From assembly GCA_032718475.1 (NCBI GenBank), contig JAUCBJ010000446.1, positions 1 through 54,941 on the forward strand: a DNA stretch of 54,941 bases, in the 5' to 3' direction. The position numbers and the translations under genes are program-made. Within the stretch, counting starts at the first letter, position 1. Each line of letters starts with the position of its first letter. Under the pieces are notes generated by a model. It was not told the origin of the DNA. It worked only from the letters and a program-made list of their open reading frames with translations, and searched no databases. Positions 23,587-35,764 of this stretch are shown one piece after another. The stretch comes from Nemertoderma westbladi. Taxonomy: Eukaryota; Animalia; Xenacoelomorpha.

Positions 23587-24716
23587 CTAGAGACGGGCCT
23601 AGCGGCTCGTGAAGCAAGTCGTAGGAGACAGTACGAGTCAAGTAAAAGGTTTTTATTCTGTCTGATAATAAATTAGTGTGAGTGTAGTCCCGGTGGTGTA
23701 CGAGAAATTTTCTAGACAACTTCAAACTATAATTATTATGTTGTAATTATCTAATGAATTATAAAAGCTGTTGTGATTATAGAAGATAGATTATAGCAGT
23801 TAGCGAAATGATAGAGCTATCGGATAGAGTAGTCAGAGAGGTGTCGGGGTGTCAATTGATTAATATAATAATAACAGCAGTTGTCATGAATTCAATACAA
23901 CCGCGCACAAGAAGTGATAAGACAAATTCGTTCTTATTTTTGTATTAAATAAAACAAGTTGATAAGTTTCAATGTAAACCGCGATTAACAATTTACACTG
24001 TACAATGTAAGCCACGATATTAATTAAATACAACAATTATATTATTATTATAACAGATTTAAATATATTTCAAACTATAATGTTAGCCTTATGGAGAATC
24101 ATTATGAGGCTGAGTAAACATGCAGCCTTATCAACATACAGCCTCCACAATATTTATGTTGGCACAAAGATTTCAAAATAAAACAATAATTAGATGAGAG
24201 CTAGAGAGCACAGTACAATCAATAGTAGCCAATACACTGTTTAACTAACAGTCATTTAGCTTGCACGCCAATTAATTAACATAGCAAGGATGCATTGGGA
24301 AGAGTTATTAAGCTGAGACTGTAATAGGCAGCTAAACCAGTTAATGTTTGATTACTGTCTGGGTTGTAGATTAGAGTGATGATAATACTTGGCACAGAAA
24401 CTAGTTATTTGTTAGTTGCCCTTCCTATTGAATGCATTACCAGGCCATCTCTATACATTTTTCATGAGTGCCAGCTGGGTGTTTTATCATTGCGCCTATG
24501 GCAATTTTCGTGTTTTGGGGCTATTTTTCGAAATAAAACAAGTTGAGATGTTTCAATTTAAACCGCGATTTCACAAGTACCCATAGAAATCTATTTTCAT
24601 GGTCCATGCAAAATTTCATCAAATTCGCTAGAGCCGTTTTTGCTCTAGGTCCGTAGCCAGTAGTCAGTAGTCAGTAGCCTTTTTTTCTTACAGTAATCAA
24701 GTCTAACGACTTGCTA
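23587..24716 (-). mobile_element. Full-length HINE copy, inverted
   Basis: Reverse-complement homolog of 14707-15872 along its length, with the same ends. Confidence 0.85.
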
Positions 24717-26005
24717 ACTATATTTCTCCTTACTTTTATTGCAGTATGTATGTTTTATTTTGGTTCACCGGGTTAATTGTCTGTTCCTGTTGGTACTTAT
24801 TATTGAGTCTTCCTTAGTTTTTTTGTTATTTTAATTAGATTTTACCCGCATTACTAAACTTTTGGAACAATAAATTAACTTACTAGTAATTCAGACTGAA
24901 CAAATTTCAAGACGTCCATCTATCTGTGTTGGGTATCGCTTCTCACACATACATCACATGCTGTAAACGGCCTTTCGAGTTGTTACCTAAATTGTAGTAG
25001 TGTAATAATTATATATATACCACATTAAGAATAATGTCGACTAAATTTATAATTAAGTTAATAAATATATATCATACATGTTGTATGACACCGTGTTGTA
25101 TGCACTACTGTCAGCACGTACTTACTGATGGTTTGATACCAGGGCGACGACAACCAGCAGGGTGGCACACCGGACAAGTCCACCTATTAGTCCATAATTT
25201 GTTCGGCATCAGGCCGTACAAATAACGCAGCGATGGATTCAGGTTCCATCGATTTTCTTCAGGGGAAAATAATTATTCCCAAAGGCTATCTGGAATTAAG
25301 AAGGTTTTTCCAGGTTCTTATTACACCATGCGTAGTAATATCGATCGAAATATCCGCATCCGTGGTTAATCCCACCTGAACGGTTAATGGAACTCCCTAA
25401 ATCAAACGGGCCTTTATACTCTGACGTCTGGTGGGTAGGTATACAGAAAAATCCCTTTGTAAAAATCCCTTGACACGCTTTTCTTTTTAGTTAAAACAAA
25501 GTAAGAAGTATATGGATGGAATTTCAAAGATTTTACACATTTTATATTCCTACGGGGGAAATTTTCTTTGCTAATTTTACGCAAATTTAAATATAAAATT
25601 TCATAGTAGTGAAACTCTAAATTCAGAGTTATATTGACACATAGAAAGGAATTAATAAAAAAAAATATATTAGCATATATGTAATTTCACAGGGACCATC
25701 CAATTTTTCAGAGGCCCCCATGTTTTACCCCTGCAAATTCAGGTTCCCGATATACTGCTGGGTTGGTTGGTTAGGTACTACTGTAACTTTTACTGGCTTA
25801 AGAATTTTCTTATGATTTTTTTCGGATTTGAATCCATTCGGACAACCAAATCTTTCGCAGCTCGCGTAAAGTATCAATTTTGAACATTTTTTCGGCGAAG
25901 ATTGTGAAATTCGCAAACGTAGCGATTTTTACGAGATTGCGAAAATCGCGAAATTTCAGGAATGTCGGGTTCAGCTATACTAAAAGTGAATAACTGAAAC
26001 TTGGC

Positions 26006-26548
26006 AAACGTCGCGATCTTTGCTAATGTTCTAGAAAATTTTTTTAAAAGCGAGAAAATCAATAACTACCATATACTTTTTAAAAATGTTCTTAAAGAAA
26101 AATAGATTAGTTCTATAGAGAAAAAAGTGTTTTTAAATAAAATAGCTTACATGATCTAGAACATTTTCAAATGGGTAACAAAACTGTAATTAAATTTGTT
26201 TTAATGTTCTACAACTAAATATATAAGTTCTAGAACAAAATTTATTTTTATTTTTACAATAGCTAACATGCACACTCACGAAATAGCTAGCTACTAATTT
26301 TTATGATACTTATTTGACCACTTAATTTCTATACTATACTATATATACTATACTACACTATATAGTTTCGTACTAATGTATAATATCTCCACAAAAATAC
26401 TATAAATATCTGAAAAAGGTGAGACCCGGAATTAAACAATGCCCGTAATATATAAAAAATACTTATTTTCTCTAGGACTAATATTTAACTTATAGATATT
26501 TTTACATTTGTAAAATGTTCTAGAACATAGGTGAAGATCGCGACGTTT
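26006..26548. repeat. Imperfect foldback / MITE-like inverted repeat
   Basis: AAACGTCGCGATCTT..ATGTTCTAGAA pairs with TTCTAGAACAT..AAGATCGCGACGTTT; further weak inner pairing. Confidence 0.65.
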
Positions 26549-27039
26549 ACGAACTCCCCCCCCCCCCCCCCCCCCCCCGACTTTTATTACTCAAAAAGTA
26601 TAAAAAGACAAATTCGAATATTAGGTTTTAAAAATATAAATCAAACCTTCTCCTCCTGTCGAATCAAATGTACCTCCTGATTCGTTGTTTCTAATTTTAT
26701 ATCAAGGCCCGGGCTTACCCTATTTATAATAGTATGCGGCAAACCTGGTATCCCGCCCCTCTTTCATTTTATAAGGTAAACGGACCGCTTGTATCGAGAC
26801 AAGTTATATCCAACTTCCTTTGCTTAGAAATGGATATTTTGTATCCCGATTTTACATTTTGCATCCAAGTTTTATTTATGGATTTCATTAATGCAATTAC
26901 ATTGTATTGTTTGCTAATCTTTCAACAAATAATTAGATGACCTATAAATTCCATCCCCGAATGATACTGTTTTGAATAATATAGATTTATCCGTTTTAAT
27001 TGTTTTAATTTTAATTATGAGTATTATTATATAATTGTG

Positions 27040-27930
27040 TAAGGGGGACCCCACCCCACCCCACCACCCCCATGTTAAAATTTCAAATATGTGGTGTTTG
27101 AGTTATTCTGTAGCAAATTTTATTTAAGATTTCAAATCTGAAAACCGCTTTTAATTAGTTTTCGAGTTATCGCTGTTTTTCTGTATGATGGTCTGTCAGT
27201 CAAATTGTAAGACACACAGACAACCGACAAACAGACAGACAGACTAGATTGCACCAAACGTTAAAACTGACATTGGAAATGAAATCAGCGACCCCGGATA
27301 CCACCGTAATGAACGTTTTAGCCCGGTGATATGCTTCAATCATGCCATCATGATTAACCAACCAGAACACAGACAGACAGTTCTGGCGGGAAGGTTTAAA
27401 CTTTGAAGGCAATTATCTTGGAATGTCATTTTTCATTTTTCAAATTACTACTCCTCCGCCATTTTGTAACCAATTTTCTTTGTTTTTGGCTCATTTGAAA
27501 AGGTTTCGGCTGTTCTTTAAAAGCTATCGGTTGGAATTTTTATATCTAATTTTTTTACAGCCAATTTTTCAGATTAAAGCCAAAAATTAGTTACAATTTT
27601 TCCAAATATTAATAAATATTAATGAATATTAATTATTTGCATAAAAAGGCTAAACTAAAAATTATAACCGATAACATTTGTGGAGCTCACCTCCATAATT
27701 CGGAAAAAATTGGTTTCAGACAATTTCACCTAAAATAGAATGACGAGTAGCATTTTAACCGCAAATCTTGTTTCATTCAATGGCCGCTAGAGGGTGACTG
27801 GAAATTTGAAAATTTTTCGAAATGATTAGTCATAACAGCCCATACTGTATAAAATCAAAATATTTTAATTTCAGTAGAAATTGTAAACATTTACAAAAGT
27901 GTAAAGGGGGGGGTACTCCCCCCTTAAAAT
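27040..27930 (+). mobile_element. Interspersed non-autonomous repeat family with G/C-run ends (related pieces at ~48850-48955 and ~53020-53525)
   Basis: Shared blocks AATCTGAAAACCGCTT, CGAGTTATC, GGAAGGTTTAAACTTT, CAAATTACTACTCCT and GCCGCTAG.GGG.GACT. Confidence 0.6.
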
Positions 27931-28088
27931 GTAGCAGATGGGGATGACTATTATTGATGCAATAAAAAGGGGGAAGTGTCCCACTGTGGCAGGGGGGAAC
28001 TGTCCGGGGAGAGGAGGGGGGGGGGGGGGGGGGGGGGGGGGCTTCTCCTCAGGGTTGACCCTGTTAATTGATCACCGATTAGGTTACT

Positions 28089-28360
28089 CATTGAGATAGA
28101 CCTTCAGTATAATTTGTATAACAAAACAAACTCAGACTTTGAGACGATAAGATTGAAAGGAAACATAGAGAAAAAAACATAGAGAAAAAAACATTGAGGA
28201 AAAACGTTGAGAAAGAAATTATTGAGAAAAAAAACATTGAGAAATAAAGCAATGAGAAAAAAATTAATTGTTTTTTTTTCTCAATGTTTTGGAGGAGAAA
28301 AAAACACAAATACATTGAGATCGAGAAATAATCATTGAATATTAATACTAATATTGAACA
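28089..28360 (+). repeat. Degenerate (AAAAAACATTGAG)n array
   Basis: Repeated CATTGAG / CATAGAG separated by A-runs. Confidence 0.75.
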
Positions 28361-29479
28361 AAAGTATTGCTGGATTGCATTTTTATGATTTTGTTTTAAT
28401 TATGTTTATGATTACGGAATGGTTCCTGTTCCTCAATATAAAATATACTGCTAATATTTGCTGTGTGTCAAATCCAATTATTCGTGTTATACTAAGATTT
28501 CTAAGTCGCTCGAATAATATTATATAAATACGACTGCTTTATGAAATGAATCACAATAAGCTTCATTCGAATCCAGAAAAATATTTACATGTATACGATC
28601 TATGGGGATTTGAAGGATTCTTGTAATTAAAGTAAGAAAAAATCTCCGGATATTTGTCAGCAACAAGGTGTCGAACGGCTTACAGTGGCTTAGCTTCCTG
28701 CGCCTCCTGAAATTCTCGGCTAATTTCTTAAGTACCCCGGTACTCCAATTCTACTTGCCTTAGTGAATATTTAATGACAGTAAAGTAAACTAATAACAAA
28801 TATATTGTGATATGTTGGATAATATCATGCATGTCAGTTTGATAATACAGTAACAGGTAGGTAGATTCGTTTCCGTTTAAATTATCATGGGAATGTAATG
28901 GGATAATTAACTAGGCCTACCAGTTAAATATCATGGGAATTTAATGGGATAACTAGGCCGCTTCTACTTAGCTACTGTAGTTAGCTAGGTATTTTGCCAT
29001 CGTATAGCAAACGGACAGTATACGGTATACAATACTAATACTAATTACACTCCATCATCAATTGAGTTATATACTTTGACTAGCTGTCTGATACCGGTCG
29101 TCCGTATATTACCGTATTCAGTATATGTCAGTATACAGGTACCAGATCACCAAGACAAGGGGCGAGCCATCGAAGCAAGTCTACTACACATACCCCTTCG
29201 GTGAAGGGGGTGGGCTAAGTACGATCTAGTTCGGATACAGGTGGGGGCGAGCCATCGAGGCAAGTCTACTACATTTAGTATAAGGGGGTGGGGCGAGCCA
29301 TAGGGGTGGGTCTTCTATTCATTGCAATATCCATAATATGCTGGCGGTTGGACGAGTCTGCCAGAACGAGTATGGGTTGGGTTGGTTGGTGGTTGAGAGG
29401 CAACGGTGGACCATGGCCTCTGTGTCGGTGGATCGTGTGGCGTTTGAGTCGCAGGTGTTGGTGGGGCGAGATGTGAGAT

Positions 29480-32400
29480 GGCAGTGTGTGCTCAGGTTGG
29501 ACAGTCGTAGGTGGTGGGGCGGGTGGGCCGCTAGGGGGCACGCTGAATGTGCGGACACGCAAAAGAACGCGGTTCTGTCGCACAATTCGCCTGCTCTCTT
29601 GGCGCACATGGAAGTCGTGGTTGGGGAGGGCCTCAACCACGGTTCCAAGGCCAGTCCAACGCTTAGTGGTGGGGTCTTGAATGGCTGGCCGACCAGGAGC
29701 GTTTTCAGTGGACGTGTGTGGTGGTTTTAGTTCGCCTGAAGTTCATTGCGGTTGGTGGCAGCCACCTCATCCAGCTCCACGAATGTTTGGCGCCACTTGG
29801 GGGCAAACGAGGTGAAGTGGACGGGGAGGGCCTCCCAGACGTTGCGACCGTACATGAGCTCGGCAGGGGATCAACCACAGTAGCGTGGGGTGTTGCGTAA
29901 AGCCAGGATCCCCTGTGCGATTGCGTCCAAGTCGTGGTTGGCCCCCAGGATGAGTTTATTCATGGCCTTGACCGCGGCCTCGGTGCAGCCATTGGTGCGC
30001 GTCGGGTAGGGGCTGGAGGGCTCGAGCTGGTCCCCCCACTGGTGGAGGAACTGGTGGACTTCGTTGGATACAAATAGGGGGCACCGTCGAGGTGGAGGAT
30101 TGTAGGGACGGCGGTAGCGAGGAAGAGGTGGCGGAGGCAGTCGATGATCGCGCGAGATGTTGTGTCCAAGTTGAGGCGGTACAGCATGGGCACTCGTCGG
30201 TGGCCACCAAGTATTTAATGGCGCCGACCTGGAAGAGGTCAGCATGGGAGCGCTGGAAGGGCCTCATGGCCTCCAGGTTGTGTTGGAGGGGCTTGGTGCC
30301 ATGGGTGGGGAGGTTGGTCTGGCAGGAACGGCATCGATTTACTGTTTGTTGGATGTCGTTCAGTAGGGATAGCCACCAGACCAACCTGGTTGCACGATCC
30401 CGAGTCTTGTTCATCCCCTGGTGGGCTGCGTGGAGCTGTCGGATGTCAGCGCGGTGGATGAAGGTTGACGAAATGAACTAAACTTGTTTAGTTGCCGGAG
30501 GTCCACCGTGATGCGAACTGGGTTGGGGTCCTTCTTCCGGATGACAACCATGGGACTGAGCCACGCGCTCGGGTTGTTCTCGTCGTCTGCGGGCTCAAGG
30601 ATCCCCATGGTGACTTGGTCACAGAGTTCCTGGTCGAACGCCTCCTCCAAGTTGGCAGGGATGGTGCGGTTTGCATAAGAGAAAGTTGGTGAAGCAACCT
30701 CGCGGAGTTTGATTGTTATTGGGCCGCCTCTCATTACCCGACAGATCCCTGACAGTGGATGTGGGAACCGGGCCGCAAGTTTATCCCATGTGGTGCTGGT
30801 GGTTGTAGCTGCTGGTGCAGTAGCCAGGGCTGATGGTGGGGTGGTCGTCGTGGTAGGCGGTGGCAGGATGGCAACCAGTTCAGGCGGGGTCGGCTGTGCT
30901 ACTACTACTACATGATCGGCATGCTGCATTGCAGCTGCATTTTTAAGAATGCTGTGCCGGCTTGTCAACAAAATTGCACCGCCACAACTCCCTATCACCC
31001 ATGACATTTGCTAGATCATCCGCATCTTTAAGGCCAGTGTCCTTTAAGATGCGTCTCAAGAAAGTCATGGGCTGTCCACCATGATTATTCACTCCATGAG
31101 GCTGCCAAAGTACAAGATTATGCACTGGCTGGTCCTCACGGCGAAAGCAATGTCCTGCAAAGCGGAGGCGATTTTGTTCTAGTGTCAAGCTTGGGGGAAC
31201 CAATGAGACACCTCCAATGTTATATAGTGTCTGGTTGGAGATGTGTGCATTGTACTTGACACAATGAACCCGGCGTAGCATTCTTGTGAATGTGCCATCC
31301 AGAGATTTGGTGTCCTCAGCCGTTAGAGCCCAGCATGGACTCCCATAGAGGAGTACTGGAACTACTGCTGCTCTAAATAATCGGACCTTAAGTTTCCGAT
31401 TAATTCTCGGTGACTTCCAAATCCTGGAAAGCCTATTCAAGGTTGCCCATGCCTTTCCCTTACGTATTCGAAGGTCCTCACCTGACTTCCGGATCCATGA
31501 TCCCAGGTAACAGAAGTTGTCCACATGCTCAAGCATACCATCCTTTGAGCTTATGCTCATCCGATCAGAGACTTGCTGAGGACTTTCAAAGTTAACTGTC
31601 AGAATTTTGGTCTTTCTGGAGTTAATAAAAAGACCATCACTAGAAGCAGCATGTTATAATGAGATGAGGAGCCGTTGGGCTCCCTCTAATGATTCTGAGA
31701 GTACTCCTAGTACCTGTATAGCTTTGCAGCAATCGAGATCAATGAGATTCCCCGAAAAGAACCATAGAGTGTTAGGTTGCCCTTCTTGGGAACTGGCACC
31801 AACTTATTTGTTTTCATTTCTTGTGGGACTCTTGTTGTACGGTACATGTCTACTATGATGGGATAGATGAGCTTTAAACACTCAGGTATTTTAAAGACCT
31901 CAGGGGGAACACCATCTACTCCACTGGCACGATTGGTCTTAATGCTCTTTGCAGCAGCCTTCACTTCTGCAAAGGAGATATCGCCAATGGGAATATCTGG
32001 GAGTACAGACTCAGACACCTTTACGGGCCCCAATGGCGGATCACTGAGCAATGGGCGGTGCGGCATACCTCCTCGCAGGATCAGGCTTGACAGGATCCCG
32101 AGGAGGAAACACGCCTTGCGGGACAGCAGTGGTTGTTGGAGGCCGTCTAACACCCAGACCTCGGTGGTGCATGCTGTGCGGAGCACCAGGCACTGGAAGG
32201 TGGCCTTGAAGTCCCCTTTGAACGACCAGCCAGTCCTACTGCCATTAGCGAGTTTGGGGGCCTGCAGGGCAGGGACTACTGGTTGCCATAGGTTGGCCAA
32301 CCGCCCCCCAAAGACGAGGAACGTATGGAGTGGGATTCCAGTTATGTTGGCTCCGGAGTCAGGGAGGAACTGGAGCTCGCGGATGCCGAAGGAGATGTTG

Positions 32401-33231
32401 GCAGCAACCTGGAACCCGAGTGTGACGGTCTCCAGTGGCTCCAGCTGCTCCATCGCTGACACGAGTGGGGCATCAGTCAGTTCGGCGCCGGCGAGGAGGG
32501 ACCAAACCTCGGTGAGGTTGGTCGAGGAGAAGTCGAAGTCCGGGTTGGTGTGGTTAAGTGCCCCAGATGTCATGTTGGTGTTTGGTCGGCGGGGACACAT
32601 CCGGTCATAGTGTCCCATATTGCTACAGTGTCGGCAGGTCGCATCGAGACTGGGACACCATTTACCAATGGGGTGGGGTGGATAACCGCACCGGGGGCAG
32701 CGGGCACTGGAAGTAGTGCTGCGGGGACGGCCCGAGCGCCCTCATTTGGGTTGCCAGGGGCGTAGTGCATTGGCCTGAGCTGCAGACAATGCGGGTCCGG
32801 GGTTGGCGAAGGAGGCGGCGTCGTTGCAGGCGGCCCATTCGGCCTGCGCTAGTTGCAGTGCGTCGGTGAGGAAACTTCCGGCGGGGAGGCGGAGAAGGTG
32901 TTCGGTCACTTCCTGGTCATGGAATCCAGCGATGAACTGATCCAGGAGGCGATTGTTTGTATGGGCATCGGCAGTGCGAAGCACTGCGAAACCACATTTG
33001 GTGGTGATGTCTCGGAGGTGCACCAGGAATGTTTGGGGTGGTTCCTCCGGAAGGCGGTTTCGGCGAGCAAGTTCCTGGCGGTGGACTCGCTTGTTCATCC
33101 CCCCATTGATGTGAGTGCCGAGCTTCCCAAGTACCGTAATGGGATCGGAGTTCTTGGCAGTGGTCAGACCAAGTCCCTTTATAATGGCGCTCGTGCGCGT
33201 CGTTGCCGGTTGGTGGCAGTGAGGAGTCGGG
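29480..33231 (-). mobile_element. GC-rich Ty3/Gypsy (Mag-like) element, decayed, interrupted by RTE
   Basis: Gag (FLVHLRDITTKCGF, DQFIAG), knuckle C..C..MGH...C, protease FLPDSGA, RT start WLSPMVVIRKK..RITVDLRQLNK, integrase HAAHQG..CRSC and RQNR; most of RT and RNase H deleted near 30480. Confidence 0.88.
30899..32055 (-). mobile_element. RTE-clade LINE, 5'-truncated with internal deletion
   Basis: RT-N motifs (SGVDGVPPE, PVPKKG, FRGISL) joined at ~31709 to the C-terminal part (FCYLGS, LLYGS, RLRFAGH); (TAG)n tail. Confidence 0.9.
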
Positions 33232-34477
33232 CTACTACTAGGATCAGCATGCTGCATTGCAGCTGCATTTTAAAGAATGCTGTGCCGGCTTGTTGACAAA
33301 ATTGCGCCTCCACAACTCCCTATCACCCATGACATTTGCTAGATCATCCGCATCTTCAAGGCCAGTGTCCTTTAGATGCGTCTCAAGAAAGTCATGGGCT
33401 GTCCACCATGCTTATTCACTCCATGAGGCTGCCAAAGTACAAGATTATGCACTGGCTGGTCCTCTCGGCGAAAGCAATGTCCTGCAAAGCGGAGGCGATT
33501 TTGTTCAAGTGTCAAGCTTGGGGGAACCCATGAGATACCTCCAATGTTGTATAGTGTCTGGTTGGAGATGTGTGCATTGTACTTGACACAATGGACCAGG
33601 CGTAGCATTCTTGTGAATGTGCCATCCAGAGATTTGGTGTCCTCAGCAGTTAGAGCCCAGCATGGACTCCCATAGAGGAGTACTGGAACTACTGCTGCTC
33701 TAAATAATCAGAGGAGTACTGGAACTACTGCTGCTCTAAATAATCGGACGGGACCTTAAGTTTCCGATTAATTCTCGGTGACTTCCAAATCCTGGAAAGC
33801 CTATTCAAGGCTGCCCATGCCTTTCCCTTACGTAATCGAAGGTCCTCACCTGACTTCCGGATCCATGATCCCAGGTAACAGAAGTCGTCCACATGCTCAA
33901 GCATACCATCTTTTGAGCTTATGCTCATCCGATCAGAGACTTGCTGAGGACTTTCAAAGTTAACTGTCAAAATTTTGTTCTTTCTGGAGTTAATAAAAAG
34001 ACCAACACTAGAGGCAGGATGTTCTAATGAGCTGAGGAGCCGTTGGACTCCCTCTATTGATTCTGAGAGTTCTCCTAAGTCATCAGCAAAGTCTAGATCA
34101 GTTAGGTGTTTGGCAGAATTTCCTCGACTTCTGGAGCCAGTAGCTGGAGTTATCATCACCCCATCATCATTATGATGATCTAAGGACATGCGTAGAACAT
34201 TATGAACAAGAATGGTACAAGTGTGTCTCCCTGGAGGATGCCCCATAACACTTCAAATGGTTCTGTGTCACCATCAACAGTAGACACAAATGTTGTCGAA
34301 CCATCGTATACTGATCTGATTGCTGCAAAAATTTCATCAGGAATCCCATATAATGAAAGTATGCTGAACATACGTGAGTGGGAGACTGAATCAAAGGCCT
34401 TGAAGAAGTCAACAAAGATAACAGCCAGATGCCTGTCTTTCTTTTTTGATAACTCTTCAATTATCCTTCTAAGTGCC
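33232..34477 (-). mobile_element. RTE-clade LINE, 5'-truncated
   Basis: FVDFFKAFDSV, GILQGDTL, DFADDL, YLGS, RFAGH; (TAG)n tail; ~36-bp internal tandem duplication near 33675-33745. Confidence 0.92.
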
Positions 34478-34483
34478 AAAAAA

Positions 34484-34546
34484 CCACGTACCGAACCTGG
34501 GATCTCGAGATGGAAGGCGAGACAACAACCACTAGGCCACAGGTTC
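34484..34546 (-). mobile_element. tRNA-Gly(TCC)-like Pol III head (SINE head or tRNA pseudogene)
   Basis: A box TGGCCTAGTGG, GCCTTCCA loop, B-box-like GGTTCG, followed by T6. Confidence 0.65.
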
Positions 34547-34567
34547 TTGAGATATGGAGTAAGAACA

Positions 34568-34691
34568 GCTGATAGAGGAACACCTGTTAAAAAGTACGCA
34601 TGTGATGGGATTAGTCATACAATTGCATCGCTGATAGAGGAGCACCTGTTAAAAAGTACGCATGTGATGGGATTAGTCATACAATTGCATC
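34568..34691 (+). repeat. 62-bp direct duplication
   Basis: GCTGATAGAGGA.CACCTG...CAATTGCATC at 34568 and 34630. Confidence 0.95.
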
Positions 34692-35764
34692 AATAAAAGA
34701 TAAGTTATTTTCGGTAAAATATTTAAGATTTAAGATTAAGACCCCTAAACCCGTATGACATACAACTTAACAGAGTAACAGGAGCAGTTCGCACTTTATT
34801 TTCAGATTGTCTTAAAATTGTGGGAAATTTTGAGTTGTTAATGTGAATCTATTATGAAAGTTGTTTCGACTGTAACCTGCATCGAGGTATGATTTCGTTG
34901 TTTCCCGGAACTTATAATTGTCCCAGAACTTTCCCAGAACTTATTCCACAGAACTTATAATAATGATTCTATAGGATGGAATGCAGGAGCAATAATTAAG
35001 TAAATTACAACCAATTTTAGATTCTGGATAAACTGGTAATGAATGCATCACCTGTCAAAACGTTTTTCTCCGAACTTTCAGATTGGAGCATCAATTTTGA
35101 TATAATTATATCCGCTGTTAATAAATTCAACCTTATAATACGTATGAATTTATTGTGCGGTTTTCTGAATTTCAACGTCTTAGTTGGACATGGAGATTTG
35201 ACACTGTACAGATATTCGTAAACTTTTGCACTAATCTGTACTCTTAATTGTAATCAAGATTATTATAAAATTGAATCGAATGGATATAAGAATTTGTTAG
35301 CAAAAGCACAATAAATTTAATAAAAATAAATATTTTTGATAATAAGTAAATCAATTACAAAAATAATGGTCAATTATACTGTACGATAACTACTAAATTA
35401 GAACAATGAAACCCTTACGAATGAGGTAAACCTTGGTATATAATAACTAATTTATGGCAGTAAACTGTAATTTGCAATCAAATTTGAGACTGATTATTTT
35501 TTAATTATGATTTTTAACTTAAATTATTATAGGTATTAACTTAGGTATTAACTTAAATGGTATTAACTTAAATAACCCAATTTATATTATTGTATAAGCT
35601 AGCTGACTGAGTGAATTGATTTGGTGTGCGCACCATACAATCACAGTACAATAATGCAGGTGGTAAAACAATACAGGCGGTCAAACAGTAATAGAGGTGG
35701 TAAAACAATACAGGCGGTCAAACAATAATAGAGTTGGGTAAAACATTAATATGGGTGGTATAGA

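Noticed and set aside
28088-28315. Phe-rich membrane-like ORF
   Set aside because: Translation of an A-run repeat.
31867-32610. 247-aa + strand ORF and other overlapping ORFs at 29-34 kb
   Set aside because: Antisense shadows of GC-rich retroelement sequence; this one spans a Gypsy-RTE junction.
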